A stretch of 41,400 bases of DNA from Rudaea sp. (GCA_035712685.1 DASTAL010000169.1:1-41400); one strand, 5' to 3'; shown: positions 27,949 to 34,991, numbered from the stretch's first letter. The notes: generated by a model not told the origin, from the letters alone. Translations and numbers: made by a program.

Positions 27949-28157
27949 TTCGGAGGCTCCGGCGGCAGAAAATCGACCCGCATCCCGTCTTTAATCCATT
28001 GCTTCCATCTTTGCTCTGCCGCAGCCAGCCGCCGCAATTCGGCGCTGATGATCGTGAATTGCGGGCCATGTGAGCCTACACCTTGGACTCGCAATGCATC
28101 GCGCAATTCGCGCATCGCGGTTTGCACTTCCGGCCTCAACTTGTCGAGTGCGCTCAT
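27945..28157 (-). CDS. Hypothetical protein, 70 aa (MSALDKLRP...)
   Basis: ATGA overlaps on both sides. Confidence 0.7.
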   Translation of the reverse strand: MSALDKLRPEVQTAMRELRDALRVQGVGSHGPQFTIISAELRRLAAAEQRWKQWIKDGMRVDFLPPEPPK

Positions 28158-28270
28158 TTCTGCACCAGCGCGAAACTGACGAGTACGCACGCCGCACAGA
28201 AGATGAATAGTGCGAGCAACATTACCCCGTTGTTGCCGGGATCAGACAGCCAATCCAATATGCGTTTCAT
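28154..28270 (-). CDS. Small membrane protein, 38 aa (not in ORF track)
   Basis: MKRILDWLSDPGNNGVMLLALFIFCAACVLVSFALVQK; AGGA SD; ATGA overlap. Confidence 0.6.
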   Translation of the reverse strand: MKRILDWLSDPGNNGVMLLALFIFCAACVLVSFALVQK

Positions 28271-28386
28271 TGCTCGTTCCTGTTCAGGGTAAATGCCTGG
28301 CGGATAACGCCGATAGGCGGTGCGATTCGGCGCGGTTGTGCGGTTTCGGTGCTGTGTTACGCGGCGGGTTTACACCCCACTATGGG

Positions 28387-28405
28387 GTTGAACTAATAGT
28401 TATGC
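28387..28405 (+). mobile_element. attI-like primary recombination site
   Basis: GTTGAAC-TAATA-GTTATGC (L box, 5 bp, R box) at the head of the attC array, with no matching attC left half. Confidence 0.7.
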
Positions 28406-28603
28406 GTCATCGAGCACCCGGTCTGCATGCCGTTTGTATCGCTCCACTTCGGCAGCTCCAACCCGTTTCGCGGGTCCACCCGTGTCGAGATTGAAGTCAC
28501 CGAAATCCGCCTCGTCAGTGGCTCGCTGCAATGCATCATCCATTCCCTCGGCCTTCACGAGAACATCGCAAAAAGCAATCAGCTTCACGTTGTAGTAGGG
28601 CAT
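28400..28603 (-). CDS. Cassette 1 gene, hypothetical, 67 aa
   Basis: AGAGGA SD; the TAA stop is the complement of the core G-TTA. Confidence 0.8.
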   Translation of the reverse strand: MPYYNVKLIAFCDVLVKAEGMDDALQRATDEADFGDFNLDTGGPAKRVGAAEVERYKRHADRVLDDA

Positions 28604-28626
28604 CTCGTTTCCTCTTGTGGCATGAC

Positions 28627-28684
28627 GCATAACAATTCGGTCAAGCGGAGCGCGTACCGCGCCCGCTTACCTCAAACGTTAGGC
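28627..28684 (+). mobile_element. attC site 1 (58 bp)
   Basis: R'' GCATAAC, 5 nt, L'' GGT(C)AAGC, L' GCTTACC, 6 nt, R' GTTAGGC. Confidence 0.95.
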
Positions 28685-28872
28685 GCGTCCACGAACTTGC
28701 TAATCGTGCAGCCTTCGGAAACGTAGTGCACTGCTCCAGTGGCTGTGTCACGAAATATCCAGCTATCGCCAGTCGCGCAAGGTTTGTGCAGCACTTCCGC
28801 ACACTCGCATAGCGTCATCTGTGCGCCATGAAAACTCACTTTCACAAGGTCTCCGCCACTTATATTGTTCAT
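28672..28872 (-). CDS. Cassette 2 gene, hypothetical, 66 aa
   Basis: AGGT SD inside the attC2 R'' box; reads through into attC1 (...PNV*). Confidence 0.75.
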   Translation of the reverse strand: MNNISGGDLVKVSFHGAQMTLCECAEVLHKPCATGDSWIFRDTATGAVHYVSEGCTISKFVDAPNV

Positions 28873-28877
28873 CACGC

Positions 28878-28960
28878 ACCTAACAATTCATTCAACGCGA
28901 CCGCCAGCCGTCGCCGCTTTTACATGCGCCTCGCGCGGCGCGTTAATTCAGGCGTTATGC
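28878..28960 (+). mobile_element. attC site 2 (83 bp)
   Basis: R'' ACCTAAC, 5 nt, L'' ATT(C)AACG, L' CGTTAAT, 6 nt, R' GTTATGC. Confidence 0.95.
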
Positions 28961-29530
28961 CGCAAACAAAGCGTCGCTGCGGCCCCATTGTTGGGCCATC
29001 GCGTCCGCGATCCCTGCGAACGTCCGGCTCCGTTCTTTCCAGCGTTCCGCACTTGGCGGCATCCGGTGCACGCGCGCTTCGCGGCCCTCAACAATCTGAG
29101 TGGGTGTCAGCCTCGGCAGTCCCTTCAGCCATAAGCACGTCGCCTTTGTCTCGCCGTGCCCGAACTGCCACGGCTGTATTACCTGGTCAGGCTTGCGCCA
29201 CAAGCTCGACATCACGCACACCGGGTTTTCAATCGCTATGCGCGGTATCGGCGCGCGTGCCAGCGCCATGAAAAAGCTCACCGCGCTTTGTTGCCTGCCG
29301 TCCATGCGCTTCTCTGCAAAATGCCGCGCGCCGCTCACGCTCAAGTGCGTGCAGGGCGGGTGCGCAATCATCAAATCAAACGGGTAATCCAGCACATCGC
29401 GCACGTCGCCTTGGTAGTGCTGGCCTTCGGTTTCGCTCGGCAACAGGTCGCAACTCATCGCGTCATGCCCCCCCCGCGTAAAGGCATCGCGTACGACGCC
29501 GCTGTACTCGCATGCAATCAAAACGCGCAT
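28955..29530 (-). CDS. Cassette 3 gene: short DNA cytosine methyltransferase-like protein
   Basis: VLIACEYSG (motif I-like), AHPPC (IV), IENP (VI); AGGA SD; TAA lies in the core site. Confidence 0.8.
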   Translation of the reverse strand: MRVLIACEYSGVVRDAFTRGGHDAMSCDLLPSETEGQHYQGDVRDVLDYPFDLMIAHPPCTHLSVSGARHFAEKRMDGRQQSAVSFFMALARAPIPRIAIENPVCVMSSLWRKPDQVIQPWQFGHGETKATCLWLKGLPRLTPTQIVEGREARVHRMPPSAERWKERSRTFAGIADAMAQQWGRSDALFAA

Positions 29531-29552
29531 CGTGTTTCCTGTTGGGTTTGCA

Positions 29553-29610
29553 GCCTAACTACGCGTTGCAGCGGATCGCCTACGGTTGCCGCTCAACTTG
29601 GGTGTTATGC
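29553..29610 (+). mobile_element. attC site 3 (58 bp)
   Basis: R'' GCCTAAC, 5 nt, L'' GTTG(C)AGC, L' GCTCAAC, 6 nt, R' GTTATGC. Confidence 0.93.
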
Positions 29611-29611
29611 G

Positions 29612-29821
29612 TCATGCTGTGGCGTCCAGAATTATCTGCGCAAACTTACGCAGCGCCACACGCCCGCTGTAGGTAGTTACAGGCGCGGGTTTGCCGGCAT
29701 CGCTGCCAACCCACAAATAAGCATTGCGTCCGCGCCCCACCAAGACCATCTGGCCGTCGTTGCGGTCGCAACGGAGTCTTCCGGTGTGCCCTTCTTCGAC
29801 AGGCTTCACGATTCGCGCCAT
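29612..29821 (-). CDS. Cassette 4 gene, hypothetical, 69 aa
   Basis: GAGGAG SD, ATG 29821; fills the cassette. Confidence 0.8.
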   Translation of the reverse strand: MARIVKPVEEGHTGRLRCDRNDGQMVLVGRGRNAYLWVGSDAGKPAPVTTYSGRVALRKFAQIILDATA

Positions 29822-29844
29822 TTTGTTTCTCCTCGCGGCACGCC

Positions 29845-29912
29845 GCATAACAAGTCAATCAACCTGACGCTCATCCCTTCGGGATTCGCGCAGGTTATTT
29901 CCAGCGTTGGGC
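29845..29912 (+). mobile_element. attC site 4 (68 bp)
   Basis: R'' GCATAAC, 5 nt, L'' AAT(C)AACC, L' GGTTATT, 6 nt, R' GTTGGGC. Confidence 0.95.
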
Positions 29913-30139
29913 GGCTGTTCGAATTGAACAGTCGGCCCGTGCTTCGGTGAAATATCCAGCCCGCAATGTGCGCGAAACACCAGTCCGCATTTCATGCACG
30001 GCCACTCCACACGGTTGTCGTGGTCGGCGCCGGGCACGGCGTGTAGGTCGTGCAGCGAAAACACATGCCTGCACCATCGCTGGCGCAACCGCCCAACAAG
30101 TCGGTCAACCCGACGTTCACTTCGCTGCGCTTCGTTCAC
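29855..30139 (-). CDS. Cassette 5 gene, small Zn-finger-like protein
   Basis: CRH...CMKCG motif; GGAGG and GTG lie inside attC5; stop lies inside attC4. Confidence 0.72.
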   Translation of the reverse strand: MNEAQRSERRVDRLVGRLRQRWCRHVFSLHDLHAVPGADHDNRVEWPCMKCGLVFRAHCGLDISPKHGPTVQFEQPPNAGNNLRESRRDERQVD

Positions 30140-30162
30140 GCGGGTTACCTCCAACGTTAGCC
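30091..30162 (+). mobile_element. attC site 5 (72 bp)
   Basis: R'' GCCCAAC, 5 nt, L'' GGT(C)AACC, L' GGTTACC, 6 nt, R' GTTAGCC. Confidence 0.95.
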
Positions 30163-30422
30163 ATCGCGGCCAGGTCTATCTCATCCACAAAATCGCGCAG
30201 CTTGCGCTTTCCGTCTTTGATCCTTTGCGCGGTCCAGTGCTCCGGCATAATGCCGATATGCTGGACGGAGAAATCGACCGTCAGCATGTGCAGCGCGCGG
30301 CGATAATCGCGCCGCCAGAACGTCCAGATAATCCCGCCATCGTGGCCGCGGGTGCGCGACCAGGTGACATCCCTGTCTTTCCGTGGCCGACGCGGTTCAA
30401 GGTGGCGCGCTGCGAGGGTCAT
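30117..30422 (-). CDS. Resident hypothetical gene whose 3' end is the array insertion point
   Basis: ATGA-coupled to the upstream gene, no attC on its 5' side; C-terminal VGGNPRERSAAK is encoded by attC5. Confidence 0.75.
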   Translation of the reverse strand: MTLAARHLEPRRPRKDRDVTWSRTRGHDGGIIWTFWRRDYRRALHMLTVDFSVQHIGIMPEHWTAQRIKDGKRKLRDFVDEIDLAAMANVGGNPRERSAAK

Positions 30423-30943
30423 GCGGCTTCGAGATCCTCGCCGCCTTCCGTGTCGTTGCTGGCGCGCGGCGCAGGTGGCGCGAGGGTCAGTTCGACCTCA
30501 TGCCCGAGCGCTGCGGCGAGCTTCGCAATGTCGTGGTCCTCGGGATAGGTCGAGAGGGTGAACTCGTGCTTCGCGCTGCCGCCGGCGACGGCCTCGACGC
30601 GCGACTTCTTGAACTCGCCGGTCAACACCAGCGCATCATCCTCGTCGAAGCCGGTCACGATCGACGCGACATAGCCGGGCCATTCGCCGCTGATCTTGAG
30701 CGGCATTTCGAGATCAGGGAACGCCAGCGTGGTCAGCTCGCCATTGAAGGCGTCGACCTGTTCGCCGGCGTGGCCGCCGCGATACAGCGCCGGCCGGATG
30801 CCCGGCAGGATTTCGTCGAGGATCGCGCTCGACCCCACGCGCTCGAATTTCAGATCGACGGCGCGCACGTCGTCCTCGCCGTGCTTCTCGGTGCGGATGT
30901 TCAGATGGACGAGTTTCACGCGTTCGTTGTTGAGATAGAACAT
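30419..30943 (-). CDS. Conserved phage hypothetical protein, 174 aa
   Basis: AGGAG SD; NIRTEKHGEDDVRAVDLK motif seen near phage recombination genes. Confidence 0.8.
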   Translation of the reverse strand: MFYLNNERVKLVHLNIRTEKHGEDDVRAVDLKFERVGSSAILDEILPGIRPALYRGGHAGEQVDAFNGELTTLAFPDLEMPLKISGEWPGYVASIVTGFDEDDALVLTGEFKKSRVEAVAGGSAKHEFTLSTYPEDHDIAKLAAALGHEVELTLAPPAPRASNDTEGGEDLEAA

Positions 30944-31090
30944 GGGTCTCTCCTGGTGGCGGAAGGCCGGTTACTCTCGTCCGGCGGCGGCGCGATGCAG
31001 GGGTTCATCTGCCGTCAGGTGGCCGCTTCACGCCGTTCGGAGGGGAGATCGAACGGCGCCACACGGCAGCGCGGTCGTTGCGTGCCCGCG

Positions 31091-31918
31091 CTATTCGGCC
31101 AACTCCTTCGCGCGCTTGTCGTACAGCGCATTCAGGGCTTCGTGTTCGGACTCCGGAAGGGCGCGGATGAGGTCGGCGGCGGCGTCCAGCGCATCGCGAT
31201 CCGCGGCATTGGCGAGCGCGTCGTGGACGTTCACCCCGACAAGTTCAACCGTTTCAACGACTGTGCGCTCGGCTTCCGTCAACGGCTCGTGTTCCAGCAA
31301 TGCGCCTTTGAGCGCATCGAGAGTGCCCTCCGCATTGGCCGGCGCGGCAACCTCGACATGCGCCTGTGCGCCGCCCCACACGTCCTCGACTTCCTCGCGG
31401 GTGAGGATGCCCATCGAAACCTCGGGGGCGTACACACGCGACCAGAACCCGGCTGCGCGGTACAGGAACATCAGCTCGGGCATCGTTGCCCACTTGCTGC
31501 CGGGCTTTTTTAGCCAACCCTCGGCCTTGACCATCGTCCATGTAATCCAGGGCCCGACGCAGCGTTCGCCGGTGGCCTTGTCCTCGGCGAACGCGCGCAC
31601 GCGATAATCGTCCTTCGCGGGATCTTCGCCCTTGACCTCGAATCGCATGGGCGTGAAGCGCCCGCAGGCATTCACGGTAGCGATGAGAAACGACGACGAC
31701 CACGACGGCTTTCCTTGGATCAGGTGCAGGTTCTGCATGACCTGCAGCGGCGACGCGCCGATGCGTTCTGCGATTTCGAGCGCGATCAGGACATTGGGCA
31801 GGTTGCCCCGATACGCCTGCGGGATGATGTCGCTGGACGCGAGTGCCTTCGCCTTGCGCTGCGCAAGCTCGAAATGCGACACCGGCGGTGCGGCGGGAAG
31901 CGTGGTGACTGCGTTCAT
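31091..31918 (-). CDS. recT: RecT-like single-strand annealing recombinase
   Basis: SSDIIPQAYRGN, PLQVMQNLHLIQGKPSW, SKWATMPELM..YRAAGFW; follows an exonuclease. Confidence 0.8.
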   Translation of the reverse strand: MNAVTTLPAAPPVSHFELAQRKAKALASSDIIPQAYRGNLPNVLIALEIAERIGASPLQVMQNLHLIQGKPSWSSSFLIATVNACGRFTPMRFEVKGEDPAKDDYRVRAFAEDKATGERCVGPWITWTMVKAEGWLKKPGSKWATMPELMFLYRAAGFWSRVYAPEVSMGILTREEVEDVWGGAQAHVEVAAPANAEGTLDALKGALLEHEPLTEAERTVVETVELVGVNVHDALANAADRDALDAAADLIRALPESEHEALNALYDKRAKELAE

Positions 31919-31975
31919 GGTTGTGTTCCTTGGGTTGAGTTCTGCGCCCCGTATCGCCGGGACCACGCGGGCCTT

Positions 31976-32068
31976 TGGACTACCGAGCCCACATCACGGA
32001 GTTGAACCGCACCACGTCTCACCAGACCTCTGCCACCGATCAGGAATCGAACCTGCCTTTTCTGTCCA
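31976..32068 (-). ncRNA. Candidate structured RNA with two T-loop hairpins
   Basis: CAGG-TTCGATT-CCTG and GCGG-TTCAACT-CCGT, enclosed by TGGAC/GTCCA; intergenic. Confidence 0.5.
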
Positions 32069-32911
32069 TCAATCGTTCAATGCCCATCGCGGCAACGCCA
32101 AGCGTGTAATGTCGTTGGTGTAAGTCGGCCACTCGCCGGTCTGCACGCCGTGCGCGATGCGTTCCATGCCGCGCGCGCGCAGGTCGTACCCGCGCTGCTC
32201 GGCCTCGGCGTCGATGTAGTACAGCGCGACCGCGTAGGGCGGTTCTTTCTCGACGGCCAGCAGCAGGTAGTTCCGCAACGGGTTGCCGAGCATGCGGAAG
32301 CCTTCGGCGTAGTGCGCGTGCTGGACGTGGTAGCCGTACTTCGCGATGTCGCGCGCGAAGGCTTCCGGGCTTGCATCCAGCGTCGTCTTGACGTCCAGCA
32401 CGAACGGTGCTTTGCCGTCCACGTAGTAGTCGGCGCGCGCCTTGCACGGCAGGCCAGTTACATCATCGGACCAGCGGAGCGTGACCTCGGAGTGACCGTC
32501 GCGAACCGCGCGCCGCGCCCACGGATGCGCCAATACTGCCGCGATCATCGCGTGGGCGCGATCCATATCTTCCTGCAGGATGCAGTTCACGCCTGGGTGC
32601 TCGGCGTTCCATGCGTCACGCGCCGCGCGCGCGACCTTGGTGCGCAGATCCCCGAAATCAGGCTGCACAGCCCATTCAGAGGCGAAGCGGTCCGGCTCCA
32701 ATAGTGCGGCATGGAACGCTCGGCCGAAGGCCAGCGTCGGCGTGTCGTTGTCGTCGATGGTTTCGATCCATGCCTTGTAATGCGCGGCGGAGCGCAGCGC
32801 CTGCTTGATGCCGCTGTTGCTGACCTCACCAAGCACACGCCGGTGGTACTCGTCGGCAGGGAAATCGAACAGAAGATCGGCGACGAAGGACGGGAATACC
32901 TGCGCGTTCAC
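32069..32911 (-). CDS. recE: RecE/DUF3799-like PD-(D/E)XK exonuclease
   Basis: YH...SNSGIK, FGRAFHAALLEP, CKARADY, DVKTT, YGYHVQHAHY. Confidence 0.88.
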   Translation of the reverse strand: MNAQVFPSFVADLLFDFPADEYHRRVLGEVSNSGIKQALRSAAHYKAWIETIDDNDTPTLAFGRAFHAALLEPDRFASEWAVQPDFGDLRTKVARAARDAWNAEHPGVNCILQEDMDRAHAMIAAVLAHPWARRAVRDGHSEVTLRWSDDVTGLPCKARADYYVDGKAPFVLDVKTTLDASPEAFARDIAKYGYHVQHAHYAEGFRMLGNPLRNYLLLAVEKEPPYAVALYYIDAEAEQRGYDLRARGMERIAHGVQTGEWPTYTNDITRLALPRWALND

Positions 32912-33381
32912 GCTCTTACTCCTTTTGCACGTTTTGCAGCGCGCGCTATTACCGCGTTCTTGCAAACGGCATCGAGGAACTTCGGCGTAGGGTTCCATCT
33001 GCCGGAGTCGTGGAAGTGACGCGTGTTCGCTTCGGCCGTCACCCATTCCAGGTTCCCTGTGCGGTTGTCGTGACGATTGCTGTTCTTGTGGTTCACCTGC
33101 GGCAACCGCAGCGGATTTGGAATCCATGCTTCCGCAACAGCACGATGCACGAGAATCGAAACCTTCTTCCCGTCCTTGCACGCGCTGAACGTGATGTATC
33201 TGCGTTCGGTATTGAGACGACTCCATGCGCCGGGATGGTGGCGCTCGATGTTTCCTTTGCCGCCGGTCTGCCAAGTGCGCGCGTGCCGCCATACGCGTCC
33301 GTCCGCGGTCACGGAATAGATGCCTTCGTAACCAGGTATCGGACGCATGGCCTGTTCGATCGGGACGAGTTGCGCGTTCAC
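32908..33381 (-). CDS. NUMOD4-HNH homing endonuclease
   Basis: IPGYEGIYSVTADGRV; VHRAVAEAWIPNP..PQVNHKN..DNR..NLEW. Confidence 0.92.
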   Translation of the reverse strand: MNAQLVPIEQAMRPIPGYEGIYSVTADGRVWRHARTWQTGGKGNIERHHPGAWSRLNTERRYITFSACKDGKKVSILVHRAVAEAWIPNPLRLPQVNHKNSNRHDNRTGNLEWVTAEANTRHFHDSGRWNPTPKFLDAVCKNAVIARAAKRAKGVRA

Positions 33382-33581
33382 GGCTGCGGCTCCGCGCCGG
33401 CGTTCTCGACCTCGACACCGTTGTCGAGCGCTTCGACGAGCCGGTCCTGCGTCGCCACGGTCGCGGTGAACGGCCGCGTGACGTGCTTGATCGCCTGCGA
33501 CTGGCTGATCGCGCGGACCAGCCGCGGCGGGGCTTTGGTGTCGCTCGAATCATCGACGATGTAGATACGTGCTTTGCTCAC
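33378..33581 (-). CDS. Hypothetical protein, 67 aa
   Basis: AAGGAG SD; RIY...RLVRA..SQAIKHV. Confidence 0.78.
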   Translation of the reverse strand: MSKARIYIVDDSSDTKAPPRLVRAISQSQAIKHVTRPFTATVATQDRLVEALDNGVEVENAGAEPQP

Positions 33582-33733
33582 TGCTGTGTTCTCCTTGGAT
33601 GAAACCGCCCCGCGCTGTTTTCGGTTGTCCCATTACTCAATGGAAGGGTCAGCGCGGAGCGGTGTAGGGAGCGAACCCGACAGGCCGAACGGGAGGGGAG
33701 TCGTCGGGAGTTCCTGCCGGGTTCGCATAAGGG

Positions 33734-33931
33734 TCAGCGTGTGATGATCGCGAACGCGGCGGCAGCCACGAGCGCGACGAATGGAATGATCGCCAGCACG
33801 GTCTTGACCGGATGGCCGCGGCGCACGAACTGTTCGCGGCGGATGCCGCCAGGTGTCGTGCGGTCCATGCTTTCGAGCAGCGCATGGGCGGCGAGGCGTT
33901 CGGCGTGATCTCTGGCTTCCTCGCGGCTCAT
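33734..33931 (-). CDS. Hypothetical protein with a C-terminal TM, 65 aa
   Basis: GGAGG SD, ATGA overlap. Confidence 0.7.
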   Translation of the reverse strand: MSREEARDHAERLAAHALLESMDRTTPGGIRREQFVRRGHPVKTVLAIIPFVALVAAAAFAIITR

Positions 33932-34278
33932 GGCGTTCCCTCCGTCATGGCACGATGTGCGCGCTCGGATTCGCAGGCGCGGCGTTCGGTGAGCGATTCG
34001 CGCTCGAATACTTCATCCTCGGCGTCCGCTACGGCATCCTTCGCCGCATCGGTCGCGGCCTCGATGATTTCCGCGCGCAGCCGCTGGATCAGCACGCGGC
34101 CCGCGTGGCGTTCGTCGCCATCCATCGCGGCGAATATCAGATCGTTTTCGGCGACACGAGACAGGTTGTGCAGCGCACGCGCCCACATTTCCGGGCTGCG
34201 CAGCGCGAGTTCACGCGCCTGCCGAACGTACATCTGCACGCTGTCTGCGCCGTGCGTTGCGATTGTCAACTGACGCAT
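33928..34278 (-). CDS. Hypothetical protein, 116 aa
   Basis: GGAGG SD; contiguous with its neighbours. Confidence 0.72.
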   Translation of the reverse strand: MRQLTIATHGADSVQMYVRQARELALRSPEMWARALHNLSRVAENDLIFAAMDGDERHAGRVLIQRLRAEIIEAATDAAKDAVADAEDEVFERESLTERRACESERAHRAMTEGTP

Positions 34279-34506
34279 TTAGCGATCCTCCATCATGTAT
34301 TCAGTGGCATCGATGGCTGCCTGTTCGCGCGCGTCGAATTCGGCGGCGTCGAGCAGTTCCTGGAACTCGTCAGCGTGCGCGTCAATCAGTGCACACACGG
34401 CGGCCTGCACGCTGGCATCGGATGGCCGCCAGTAGTCATAACCGGCGTAGGCTTCCTGTTCCGGCAGCGTGATGTCGTGGTGCAGCGGCTTGCGGGTGGC
34501 GTTCAT
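34279..34506 (-). CDS. Hypothetical acidic protein, 75 aa
   Basis: GAGG SD, ATGA overlap. Confidence 0.7.
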   Translation of the reverse strand: MNATRKPLHHDITLPEQEAYAGYDYWRPSDASVQAAVCALIDAHADEFQELLDAAEFDAREQAAIDATEYMMEDR

Positions 34507-34991
34507 GGCAGCGCCTCGTTCGTGACAGCGAACTTGCCGAAATGCTTGATTGCAGCGCTGTCGTATGCAGCGGCAGCCTCACGTGGCGTCGTAAACAACC
34601 CCAGATAGATATTTCGTCCGGATACCTGTATTTGCGCCTGATATTTCCTTGTTTTCTTATGGAGGGTGACTCCGCGCAAGTCACCGCGCGACGTGCGGTT
34701 CGCGCAGTTTTGCGATTGATTACATTCGCGCAAGTTTTCTATACGGTTGTCGTGTCGAACGTGATTGATGTGATCAATCTGACCATCAGGCGCGCGCCCC
34801 TTACATAACAACCATACGATGCGGTGTTCGGCGTAACGGTGGGTGTTCAGACGCAGCGCTCGATAGCCGTCTGGCATTACATGACCGGCGCGTTTACCCG
34901 CTTTCTGACCGCGCACCCAATAAACGCAACCACTGTCATAGCGAAGGAAGCGCGACGCTTCGTCGAATGATGGGAACGGGCGGATGTTCAT
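34503..34991 (-). CDS. HNH-AP2 homing endonuclease
   Basis: HRIVW...IDHINHVRHDNRIENLR; RGV..KYQAQI..YLGLF.TPREAAAAYD. Confidence 0.92.
   Translation of the reverse strand: MNIRPFPSFDEASRFLRYDSGCVYWVRGQKAGKRAGHVMPDGYRALRLNTHRYAEHRIVWLLCKGRAPDGQIDHINHVRHDNRIENLRECNQSQNCANRTSRGDLRGVTLHKKTRKYQAQIQVSGRNIYLGLFTTPREAAAAYDSAAIKHFGKFAVTNEALP

Larger units (their letters stand above)
28400..30156 (+). mobile_element. Array of five integron-type gene cassettes (279, 276, 650, 302, 250 bp), genes inverted
   Basis: Five canonical attC sites, one ORF per unit, visibly more AT-rich than the structural module. Confidence 0.92.

Noticed and set aside
28302-28362. Sixth attC (GGATAAC...GTTACGC)
   Set aside because: No complementary L''/L' boxes at the required spacing.
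29667-29682. LexA box CTGT-N8-ACAG
   Set aside because: Inside a cassette gene, not near a promoter; about one such match is expected by chance in 41 kb.
28627-30162. CRISPR array or REP elements
   Set aside because: Repeats differ in sequence and length, and the intervening units are whole genes; the architecture is that of attC.
32069-33553. 494-aa RecE, and other extended starts in the ORF track (96, 2005, 7433, 13255, 16675, 27517, 40258)
   Set aside because: The extensions overlap other genes or terminators; shorter starts have SD sequences or coupled overlaps.
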